Source of the DNA: Octopus vulgaris
Lineage: Eukaryota
Direction of reading: 5' to 3'
Length of the DNA stretch: 64,000 bases
NCBI GenBank assembly: GCA_951406725.2
Contig: OX597815.1
Location: 136,400,001-136,464,000, forward strand
Under the pieces are notes generated by a model that saw only the letters and a program-made list of their open reading frames with translations, was not told where the DNA came from and made no database searches. Positions 13,471-24,889 of this stretch are shown here, piece by piece. The translations under genes were made by a program, and so were the position numbers. The number at the start of each line of letters is the position of its first letter. The first letter of the stretch is position 1.

Positions 13471-14799
13471 TCTTTGACTTTGATGTGGCTAATATTAAAA
13501 TTTGATTTTAAAACAGCAGTGGATTGGCAGTTTTGTTAGGGCATCAGAGAAAATAGCTTGTGATATATAATATGACTATTTTCGTTCTTTATTCAAGTGA
13601 CGCCAAACTCATCTTTGTCTTACATCTTTCCGAGGTTGATAAAGAAATATGATTCCATCGATAAATTCTCCATGTAGATCACGAGTATTGCATCTATAGC
13701 AGAAACAATAGATATTATATCTTTGTTTTTTTTTCTTCATGGAGGTCTTTCATTCGTAGACAGCCAGGAAATGCAAATGTGTACATATGTGCACTTTGGG
13801 AGTGTGAATGTGTGCATTTGTTTATTTTCTTTACGTATGTTTCCTCCATTCAGAGGTCGACAAGTCCAAAACTGATAAGTAAGCATACATGTTGTTATAC
13901 ATATAATATAGATGCAAACACAGCCTGTACACTATATACACACAAACACACACACACACACACTTGTTAGTATTTATATATATATATAAATATATTTGTA
14001 TATAGGTGTATGCGTATGTATGCACGTATGTATATATGTATGCATATAAGTATGTATATACACATGCGGAGAAAGAGTTAGGCGGAATTTGGGTGTTAGG
14101 GGTTAGATAGGGAGAAAGATGGTTTTAGCGCCTATGCCAGTGCATGTGAAAGTTTATTAATCCTATGGAGATGATGAGATGTGCAGTTACAAGCAATATC
14201 AATAACGTGGTGTGGTGCAGTGCAAAGCATTCAAAGAAAATAAGAGATGTACATTAAAAAATGTAATTAGAAAAATGAAAAAAGAAAGGTTCGATAGAAA
14301 ACGAAACAAAAACTAAAGATAAATAATCAAACTTAAATATAGAAAATATGAATAAAAAATATAAGCTAATTGTTGAAAAAATAAAATGCTAGAAAATGTT
14401 TACGAAAGAAATAAAAGCAGTCGAAGTATTTACTTCTTTATGAATTATTATGTAAAGAAAAAAAAAATAAAAGATCCAAACAGCATAATTGAAAATAAAG
14501 AAGTGTAAGCAAAACAATGATGTGAAACCAATATATGAATGATGAAAGCGTTATTCTCTTAACCGTCTTTACATGTGTGTTGTCTGTTACGTAATATGTT
14601 TTCCCAGAAATCGTTTGCTGGAGTGCAATATCTGTGAATGTACTTAGGTCTGCCTCAGTGCATGCATATTTAATTGCATATAGGATCTCATTTCAATGCA
14701 TGAATACTTCATGTTTATGCGCATATTTATACGTATCTAAGTGCACAAATATATATACATGTATGCTATGTGTCCATGTGTATATGTATGTTTGTATAT

Positions 14800-14820
14800 G
14801 TATATGTATATATATGTATA

Positions 14821-14870
<50 letters not shown>

Positions 14871-14883
14871 TACATAGATAGAT

Positions 14884-14914
<31 letters not shown>

Positions 14915-14915
14915 T

Positions 14916-14966
<51 letters not shown>

Positions 14967-15012
14967 TATAGATGTAGATATAGATATAGATATGATATAG
15001 ATATAGATATAT
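14800..15012. repeat. (TA)n/(GATA)n compound microsatellite
   Basis: Direct reading. Confidence 0.95.
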
Positions 15013-15249
15013 TCTTAAACACATGTGCGGTTGTGCGTGTGCGCTTGTATGTGCAACATTTGGCGTAATGACATATCCCTATTCAGCATAAAATGTAAAC
15101 ATGTAACTTGCCGGTTTCCAGCTTTTATTGCATATACTTAAGAGAATAAACCACGAATATTTGAAACCATGTAACTGGTATTAAGCCACCACTTGTACAT
15201 GGATGTTTCTGTTGTTCATATGGGTGCATATATATATATATATATGTAT

Positions 15250-15487
15250 ATATTGAGAAAAGAAGGCAGTCAGAATTTTGGATAATTCTTTATAACGCCT
15301 CGTTTATTTGTGGAACTCGTCAACACAAAATCAAAATCTTAAAAAGAAACGTTTATTTATTCGTTTATATGAATCGGATGTTCTGTTTTTATCCCTTTCA
15401 TTTTGTCTTGGTCGAGTTCAATAAATGAAGAAAAGCGCTGATAAAGAATTATCCAAAATTGTGACTCCCTCTTTTTTCCTCAATATA
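15250..15487. repeat. Fold-back insert (~85-bp imperfect arms) in TA repeats
   Basis: agtcagaattttggataattctttat pairs with ataaagaattatccaaaattgtgact. Confidence 0.75.
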
Positions 15488-15625
15488 TAGTATCTGTACA
15501 CCACATCAAATATTGTATGTATGTTTATATACACAGAAATTGAGTTACATGAATGAATACATACATACATACATACATGTATATATGCGTGTGTGTGTGT
15601 GTATACATATATACACACACGCATA

Positions 15626-18337
15626 TGATTTTGATTTTGATTTTGATTTTTCCAGTTTCAGCTCATGAGCTGTGGCCATGCTGGGGCACCGCCATTTGGT
15701 TTGCTACATGATTTTGCCTCACAAATGCTTTTTAGCAACTGCCATTTGGTGCATGAGAGAGTTCGATGCAGCTGCCCTCATCTGCACCTCCTGCCGTGAA
15801 GTTGGTTCATCCGGGACACCTGACAGGAAGAGATCCAGTCCTACTTTAAAGACATCCGCATCTACACCATGCAGGTCCCTCAGGTTCTTCGGGAGGATAT
15901 TGAAGAGCTGTGGGCCTCTTGAAGCCCAGGCTATCACAGTATCTTGTCCTACATCTTGATGGCAAATTTGGAGTCCTTGGTACCACGCAGTGGCGCCCGG
16001 TTCTGGCATTTGTGTGACTCTCGATGCCAAAGTTTGGGACAAGTCCTTCCAGGATCTTCCAGATGTATATTATGGCATATCTTTCTCGCCTACGCTCCAA
16101 GGAATAGAGTTTTAATCTCTTGAGTCTTTCCCAGTAGCTTATGTGCTGCACAGAGGCTATCTTCTTCGTGTAGCTTCGTTGGATCGCCTCAAGTTCTGTG
16201 ATCAACTTGACACTGGATGGTGACCATAGATGAGAGCAATAGTCAAAGTGGCTTAGGACAAGTGTCTTCCAGAGGACCATCATGGTTTCTTGTTCTCTTG
16301 TTCTAAAGGTTCTAAGAATCCATCCGGCCAGCCGTCTACATTTCATTGCCAGTTTAGCAACATGTACATGAAAGGTCGCGTCATCACTCATGTGAATACC
16401 CAGGTCACGCACTGATTGTGCCTCTGGGATTGAAATCCCTCCGGGTCCAGTGTATTCATTGGGTATTGCATTCAGTTTTGCATGCTGATAGCATAAAGCT
16501 TAAAACTTTTCAGCATTGAACTACATGCTATTCTTTTCAGCCCACTTGTATATTTTGTCCAGCTCACATTGCAGGTGCTTAGTGTCTTCAGGGTTCTGTA
16601 TTGCCTGTGAAACTTTTGTATCATCTGCATAACTTGTGATCGTGGCTCTCTGCGTGGCTGAGGGCATGTCTGAGAGGGCCATTATGAACAGTAGTGGTCC
16701 CAAAACAGTGCCCTGCGGAACACCGCTCACTATTTGCGTGTTAATGGAAGTGGCCCCATTGGCTACTACCACCTGGCTTCTATTCTTCAGAAAGTCATGA
16801 AGCCATTCTCCCAATTTTCCAACTATGCCAAGATCACGCAGTTTGTGACATATCATTCCATGATCGACTTTATCAAAGGCTTTTGCAAAGTCGAGATATA
16901 TCACTTCCACATTTGAGTGGTTGAGCAGTCGTTTCAGCACCCAGTCATAGTGTTGTAGGAGCTGAGTTAAGCAGCTTCTTCCTGGTCGGAAACCATGTTG
17001 GGTGTCAGACAGCAAGTTATTTTCTTCAAGGAAGGCGATTTTTTTCCTTCTGACTATTCGTTCCATGACCTTGCTGATGTGTGAGGTCAGAGAGATAGGT
17101 CTGTAGTTCTTGGCCTCCGCTCTGCTACCTCCTTTATGAATAGGGCATATTTTACCTTCCTTCAGTTTTCTTGGAAGTTTGCCAGTTGCAAGGAAGCTCT
17201 GAAAGAGAGACTGCAGTGGTCTTGCTAGGACTCTCTTACATACTTTTAGAAGGATTGCCGGGAATCCATCGGGGCCAGTAGCTGAGTTTGTTTTCATCTC
17301 ATCTATAGCCTTTATTACATCGTCTTCCTTTATATTGATGTAATCAATCATCGCCGCCTCAGACCCCATATCTGCAGTGGTGAAGAAGTCAGTTGGATTG
17401 CTGATTTGGAAATGCCCAAGGGGTGGGGTGGAAACACTCTTGAATTGCTCATTTAGTATTTCACTTACCCTCATTGGATTTCCTGTGAGTGTGCCATCCC
17501 TTTCAAGGAGTGGCCCTATCCTACAGTGAACCGTAGCTGTTTCTTTGGCATACCTGTAGAAAGCTCTGGGATTAGATTTTATGTTGTCTATAGCCCAGGC
17601 TTCTTTGTCTGCTCTTTCCTTTTCATGGGAGAGTTGCAGACCTTTTTCAATTTCCAACAGTTTCATTTTCAGGCGGGACTTTTCACTGCTTTCAATTTGT
17701 TTGTTTAGGCGATTTGAAATTTTTGTACGCCGTCTCATTAGAATTTTCCTCTCTCTGGAGATTTTGTTCTTGTGTACAGTGGCCTTTCTCTCTGGGACAC
17801 ATTTGTAGCATATGGCTTGCATTACAGACATGAATTGTTGAAGTTTCACGTCGATGTCTGGCGAGGAGAGACACTCAGGCCAGTTTTGTTTAAGGATTAC
17901 TTTCTCAATTTGTTTCCAGTTTGCCTTATGGAAGTTCAAGCTGGAAAGATTCTGAGGATTTCTTGTAGGCTGCATGTCTATGCTTTCCTTTGGCCCGTAC
18001 ATGGTCAGCTCTACCATGTTGTGATCCGAGAGTAGTGTCGGTGTCACTTTCACATTATGGATGAGATCCATATTATTTGTGAAGCAGAGATCCAGTGTGT
18101 TACCTGCCCTGGTTGGTTGGAGTATTACTTGCTCCATGTACAGGGTGTTGATGAGGTTCAGGAGGGACCTCGCCTGTCCTCGTTCACATCTTGTCATTCC
18201 TAGGAGAGAAAGGCCCTCGGGCCATCTGACATTGGGTAGATTGAAGTCTCCCATAAGAAGTACACTTATGTGTTGTTCTAATGTGATTAGAACTTCTATT
18301 TTTATAAGGCAGTCTTCAAACTTGCCTACATGGCTTG
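15626..18337 (-). mobile_element. CR1/L2-group LINE, 5'-truncated within the APE endonuclease
   Basis: ORF 16521-18254 has MGDFNLP, GNTLDL, NYRPISLTS, QHGFR, YLDFAKAFDKV, GVPQGTVLGP, YADD; continues in 15846-16412 and 15719-15930; (AAAATC)n tail. Confidence 0.93.
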
Positions 18338-18341
18338 TATA

Positions 18342-18379
<38 letters not shown>

Positions 18380-18614
18380 TATATGTTCATATATATATAT
18401 ATAGCAATAATAATTCTCTAAAAGAGATATAGACAGTAACTGCTCGATAACATAAGGGACTAAAGCCATCTGAATATGGCTAGGGACAGGGCAGGGTGGT
18501 GGGGGTGTTACTGTTGCATTTAGCCCCAGGCGAACATCGACGTCACCAGAAAGGCCCAACACCGTCACGGTGTCCTTAACCTGCAAAGGGAGGTAATTCC
18601 CCGATGAAGCGGAA

Positions 18615-18666
18615 ACCACACACGGACCATGGTTTCAAGGTGTATTGCCTATCGTCGGCGTGTGGT
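18615..18666 (-). ncRNA. Type I hammerhead-like ribozyme motif, copy 1 (variant core CCGACGA)
   Basis: Minus strand: cacacg CCGACGA u agg caauaca ccu u GAAA ccaug GUC cgugug; 6-bp stem I, palindromic stem III ACCAUGGU. Confidence 0.7.
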
Positions 18667-18973
18667 AGGCTTCCGCTTCCTCGACGAATTCTCACTCTGC
18701 AGGATATTCATATATAGATTTTCAAGCAAAATACATTTGCTGATTTCGAAAATCTGTTCGAAAGCAATAATAATTCTCTAAAAGAGATATAGACAGTAAC
18801 TGCTCGATAACATAAGGGACTAAAGCCATCTGAATATGGCTAGGGACAGGGCAGGGTGGTGGGGGTGTTACTGTTGCATTTAACCCCAGGCGAACATCGA
18901 CGTCACCAGAAAGGCCCGACACCGTCACGGTGTCCTTAACCTGCAAGGGAGGTAATTCCCCGATGAAGCGGAA

Positions 18974-19025
18974 ACCACACACGGACCATGGTTTCAAGGT
19001 GTATTGCCTATCGTCGGCGTGTGGT
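18974..19025 (-). ncRNA. Hammerhead-like motif, copy 2
   Basis: Same sequence as copy 1, 359 bp downstream. Confidence 0.7.
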
Positions 19026-19500
19026 AGGCTTCCGCTTCCTCGACGAATTCTCACTCTGCAGGATATTCATATATAGATTTTCAAGCAAAATACATTTGCT
19101 GATTTCGAAAATATGTTCGAAAGCAATAATAATTCTCTAAAAGAGATATAGACAGTAACTGCTCGATAACATAAGGGAGGTCCGTGTGTGGTTTCCGCTT
19201 CATCGGGGAATTACCTCCCTTTGCAGGTTAAGGACACCGTGACGGTGTCGGGCCTTTCTGGTGACGTCGATGTTCGCCTGGGGCTAAATGCAACAGTAAC
19301 ACCCCCACCACCCTGCCCTGTCCCTAGCCATATTCAGATGGCTTTAGTCCCTTATGTTATCGAGCAGTTACTGTCTATATCTCTTTTAGAGAATTATTAT
19401 TGCTTTCGAACATATTTTCGAAATCAGCAAATGTATTTTGCTTGAAAATCTATATATGAATATCCCGCAGAGTGAGAATTCGTCGAGGAAGCGGAAGCCT

Positions 19501-19552
19501 ACCACACGCCGACGATAGTCAATACACCTTGAAACCATGGTCCGTGTGTGGT
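19501..19552 (+). ncRNA. Hammerhead-like motif, copy 3 (inverted arm); predicted cleavage after 19542
   Basis: accacacg ccgacga tagtcaatacacctt gaaa ccatg gtc cgtgtgtggt; one stem II substitution (agt vs agg). Confidence 0.65.
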
Positions 19553-19717
19553 TTCCGCTTCATCGGGGAATTACCTCCCTTTGCAGGTTAAGGACACCGT
19601 GACGGTGTCGGGCCTTTCTGGTGACGTCGATGTTCGCCTGGGGCTAAATGCAACAGTAACACCCCCACCACCCCTGCCCTGTCCCTAGCCATATTCAGAT
19701 GGCTTTAGTCCCTTATG

Positions 19718-19755
<38 letters not shown>

Positions 19756-19886
19756 GACAATAGTGGCACAACAAGGCACTACTGGTTTCTGGAAATAACA
19801 GTCGTTAACTGTATGACGCTATGTAAAGCTTCACTGAATTTATAGAGGCAACGTTATGTGCAGGCGGCAATAATATTTATAATCTT

Positions 19887-20040
<154 letters not shown>

Positions 20041-20042
<2 letters not shown>

Positions 20043-21125
20043 TGTGTGAGTTAGAGGTTGAGAAACCAACTGAGGGATAGTACCTATCCAATAAACTGCA
20101 GGTAGCGTACCTAATTTTTCATAGCCAAGTGTTAGTTTTTGCGTGGCAATCTTGCAATTGAGTGTTATATACGAGTGGGGGTAAAAGTTGATTTAAACGG
20201 CAAATAAGGAAGGGGATAGGATACAGAATGGACAGACTTCAGCAGGTAAACATTCCAGAATGTCTATTTAGTCCAATGTATTAGAATGTATTAGATGAAT
20301 ACAAGCACATATATTAGTAGTACAGCATACCAAATATAAAGAGTTGGTAATTGCATATAATCATATGGGAACAGATGATTGAATGAGTACACGAGCAAAT
20401 GAGCAGATTGTTAGTAGGTGCATTACGGACCAATACCTTCAAACCCATCACTGAATTTCTATGTAAACATGTGAACTACTGCTTAAAATTATCCTTCCTG
20501 AAGAAACCCATTTCTGAGAACGAACTTATTCACCTATTCACCATTGGATGAAATAATATGGATCTGATAATATATATATATATAGTATGTATATATATAT
20601 TTCCCCTTGCTATATAATCATTATGCTAAGATGTACATCACCCACATCCTCATGTTTGTTCTTGTTCTTACTCATATTCTTTTTCTACTTTTTTTTTAAA
20701 GACAAACACACTGTAGCTATTATTAACTGTTTTTATATGTGTTAGCACTGTCAACCACTTAAACTCGCTGAAGAAGTCTGGAGGCACATTCATTATCCAA
20801 GTCATACATGTTCATCCCTACATAACTCTCAACATATGGAGACAACCTGGAAGATTTCGTTGCCTCTTGGCAAAAACGGGCGTAAGGAACTAGCACCTAC
20901 TGACAATTTGCTCATTTGCTCATGTACTCATTCAATCACCTGTTCCTATATGATTATATGCTTCCACATTCTTGTTCTTGCAATTACCAACTCTTTATAT
21001 TTGATATGCTGTACTACTAATAAATGTGTTTGTATCCATCTAACAAATTCCAATAGACATACTGGAATGTTTACCGGCTGATGTCTGTCCATTTTGTATT
21101 CTATCCTCTCCACCTTTTAAATGCC
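20041..21125. mobile_element. Inverted-repeat insert (arms ~20212-20421 and ~20893-21108) with degenerate hammerhead-like pieces; probable Penelope pLTR remnant
   Basis: gagcaaatgagcagattgttagtaggtgc pairs with gcacctactgacaatttgctcatttgctc; CTGAAGA at ~20498 and ~20768. Confidence 0.65.
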
Positions 21126-22499
21126 TATATATATATTTAGGGTCCTTTCTCTGTGTTAACTTGTCCTCTTTTCTATGTTGTCTCGTTGTTTGTGTATATT
21201 ACTAGTTTTTCCTTCCTTTGTTTACGCATTTCATGCTATTTGCACCGTTGGTGACGTCCTGTTTCTATATATGTATATGTATATATTATATTATTTATTA
21301 TTTAGTATTTATTATTTAATTAAACGCGATGCATCGATTTCCAAGTTTATCTTCATCTTTTTGATGCCACTCTCTATCTACTCTATACTATTCTCTTCCT
21401 TCGTCCTTCTCTAACTCCCTTTTCTCCCCTTCCTCCTTCACCGATTTATATATATATATATATATATCTGCCTCCTCTTTCTCTTTTTCTATCTCTTTCT
21501 CTCTCTCTCTATCTCACTCTCTCGTTGCTCACACGTGACCATCGTCAATCTTTCTTTTCCTCACGCGGCCATCTTTATTTTCTTGCACGGACGTTTAAAC
21601 AATCGGACGCGATTTCCTCCTCTTCTATTTTTTCTCTTTTCAAAAAAGGTTTTTCCCAGTGTTCGCTATATTTCTCTCGTGCTGGTCTAAAGAGCCTCCA
21701 TGTTGGTTTTCGTTTGGATTATTTGTATGCCTCCACTGTGATTCTTTTGTTCAACTTTGACATTCCATAAATCCTAAATTTTATTTAAAAATTTATGGAA
21801 GCAACTGTCTTTGAAGACTTATATTATCATGGAATGCTCGAAATGAAGAGTAGATAGATGACAACTAAAAAAGGGTCTTTTATATATATATATATATATT
21901 GTATTATTTATTATTTATTATTTATATATATCCATATATACGTATGGATGTATATGTACACACACACACACACATACACACACACGCAAACACACATACA
22001 TACACAGATGTATATATATATATATGTATATGTATATATGTATATATGTGTATCACTTTGTTCAATACTTGTCATTTTGCTGGCAATAAAGGGTAACATT
22101 TTAAATTTCAATTGTTTGTTCCTTTAAAATGTCATCTGTAATCAGTTAAAACAGGAGTTTTTGTAAAAAAAATAAGCTATAAATTTATTAATATCACCAC
22201 TATTTTTCATTTTCAGAAAATAGGTGTTATATTTTGTGCTTGGATAATACTTACATTATTGAAATTTGGACTTGATAATCTTTTAATATTTTGTAACACG
22301 TTTTTACTGGAGAAATATCTCTTATTTTCTGCAAACTTAGTTATATATGTGTATAATGATTATATTTACTAGGTTCCTCCTAGTTTTGTTCCACCTTCCA
22401 CTCCATTAAGGGCAACTTGATATGGTCTGTGTGTGAACAATGGAGTCACAAAAGACCATTCGCACCACTTCAGACCTTGCCTTTGTCTCTTATTTATCG

Positions 22500-22790
22500 T
22501 TATAACCAAAGTGCGCCTAAAATGAAATTGCTATTTTTAAGTGTCAATTCTTGTCAGAGGGTTGAAGTGAATTCCAACAAATCCTCTGCACCTTCCAGCG
22601 TTATCATTGTTGAATCTTGAATTGTGTCATTCAAAACACCGCAAAGATTGGTCATCGTTTGCCGCGCAGACGACGACCATGTGTAGTATACGGGGATATA
22701 TGCTAGTTTGATGCGGATAGTACTGAAATGGGAAACTTGAAATGAAATTGGGCGAAGCACATGCGACTACGCAAACATCCGTATTTGTGT
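22500..22790 (-). mobile_element. Possible highly decayed mariner C-terminal remnant
   Basis: Weak resemblance to the PH..VLPH..SPD..DY region across frameshifts. Confidence 0.3.
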
Positions 22791-22832
22791 GCGTCTGGGT
22801 ATATGTGTATGTATATATCTATGAATATGTAC

Positions 22833-22887
<55 letters not shown>

Positions 22888-23021
22888 TATATATGGATAT
22901 CTATATCTATGTATATCTATATATATCTCTATCTCTCAATATATATATATATATATAAAGAGAGAGAGAGAGAGAGCGTGTGTATATAAGAATATTTTTG
23001 CGTAATCAGATAAAAAGCCAA

Positions 23022-23090
23022 GGGTTATACTAATACATTTGTTTGTTGTCTACACCATCTGTCTTCGTCTTTTTTTGTGAACTCTCCCTA
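23022..23090 (+). repeat. Short dispersed repeat terminus ending in (TA)n; related copy at 43976-44054
   Basis: gttatactaatacat.tgtttgtt..tacacca.ctgtcttcgtcttt..aact.tccctata present at both loci. Confidence 0.75.
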
Positions 23091-23503
23091 TATATATATA
23101 TACACGCACACACACACACACACTAAACACACATACACACACATATGTATATATATATAAAATTGAATTTTACATATGCATCGTTGCAATGGTTCTCACA
23201 CATTTGAGTAGGAGCTAATGTTTCTTAAGTTATTTGTATATCGTCATAAACTGGCGATTCACTTCACCCTTGGCTCGTGATGTTGATAAGCCACAAAATT
23301 AAAAAGAAATATCCTTGTCCATTGCTCCAGAATGGGAATGGAAGTAAGTTATTTCGTCTATGACTTGCAGGTGCTTTAACATCCGGTGTCAGGGAGAATC
23401 GTCTCCAAAGCATTATACTACAGCGAACCGGCGATCAAGCAAAATACATAAACTATGTGCGGTCGATGAAATATCTATACGTGTGTGTGTGTTGGTGCTT
23501 GTG

Positions 23504-23562
<59 letters not shown>

Positions 23563-23723
23563 TCATGCTCACACGCACAAACGCAAAACACACACATATA
23601 GACACATAAACATAAATGCAGATATACTCACAAGTATGTATCTTTATTTGTCTGTCTGCATTTGCGTGTATGTGTTTGTGCGTAAGTATGTGTACGTGTG
23701 AGTATGTACACGTATATTTCAGT

Positions 23724-23758
<35 letters not shown>

Positions 23759-24207
23759 CACACACATATATGTACGCATGTATGTATGTATGTATGTATG
23801 TATGTATGTATATATATATATATATATACACATATATGTATGTATGTATGTATGTATGTACGTATGTATGTACGTATGTATGTATGTACGTACGTATGTA
23901 TGTATGTATGTATGTATGTATATGTGTATATATCAGCTGTAAGCAGCAAAGCCGATGAATATAGATGTTACATGGACAATGTGAGGAAGCTCAAATTTCG
24001 AAGTCACATCGAATCGTTTCCTTGCAAAATGTTTATATGTACTCTAATAAAAGTTTTGTTCACCCTTTCAATTTAATGTTAAATTGTTTTGTACATCACC
24101 TTACTTAAAAACATAGATACACATACACACATACACACATACAAACGCCCGCACGCAAACATGCTCACAGACACACACACACACATATATTCTATATATA
24201 TATATAG

Positions 24208-24581
<374 letters not shown>

Positions 24582-24889
24582 CTTTCTTTTATTAGCCACA
24601 CAGGGCTGAATACAGAGGGGACAAATACAAATGCAGAGCTTTTCTTTTCGAGGGTGGAAAAAAATAAAAATGTAAGATTGCGATCAAAAGGGATCGAGAG
24701 GAGGAAAAAAAAAAAAAAAAGGAAAAAAAGAAAATCGTGTATCACAGAAATAATGGTGTAAACATTGATATAACAAGATTGGGTTCATCCGTGGGAAGAA
24801 AAGCCTACAGAAAAGACCACGGGAACCCCAGTCAGGGAGGAAATAAACACATGAGGTCAAAAATGCTCTCTTTCTTTCTTTTTTACGAT

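Larger units (their letters stand above)
18402..19720. mobile_element. Retrozyme-like array of ~360-bp non-coding units: direct tandem 18402-19178, inverted 19179-19720
   Basis: agcaataataattctcta recurs at ~18402, 18762 and 19121; 19179-19720 is the reverse complement of the same unit; a few differences per unit; (TA)n on both sides; one hammerhead-like motif per unit. Confidence 0.85.

Noticed and set aside
18601-18630. Opposite-polarity CCGATGA..GAAA suggesting an ambisense second hammerhead
   Set aside because: Only 4 nt between the motifs (no stem II) and GAC instead of NUH; explained as the complement of stem I
18326-19445. Repeated 85-110 aa ORFs (MVSASSGNYLPLQVK...) in the 360-bp units
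   Set aside because: Non-ATG starts, an indel between copies shifts the frame, no recognisable domain; RNA structure explains the sequence better
18402-19720. CRISPR array or ordinary satellite interpretation
   Set aside because: No unique spacers; few copies, with inversion and ribozyme motif, in a eukaryotic context
21800-21860. ctgtc-tttgaaga...ctc-gaaa..gta-gatag hammerhead-like arrangement
   Set aside because: Core and stems II/III too degraded to support; may be a pLTR relic
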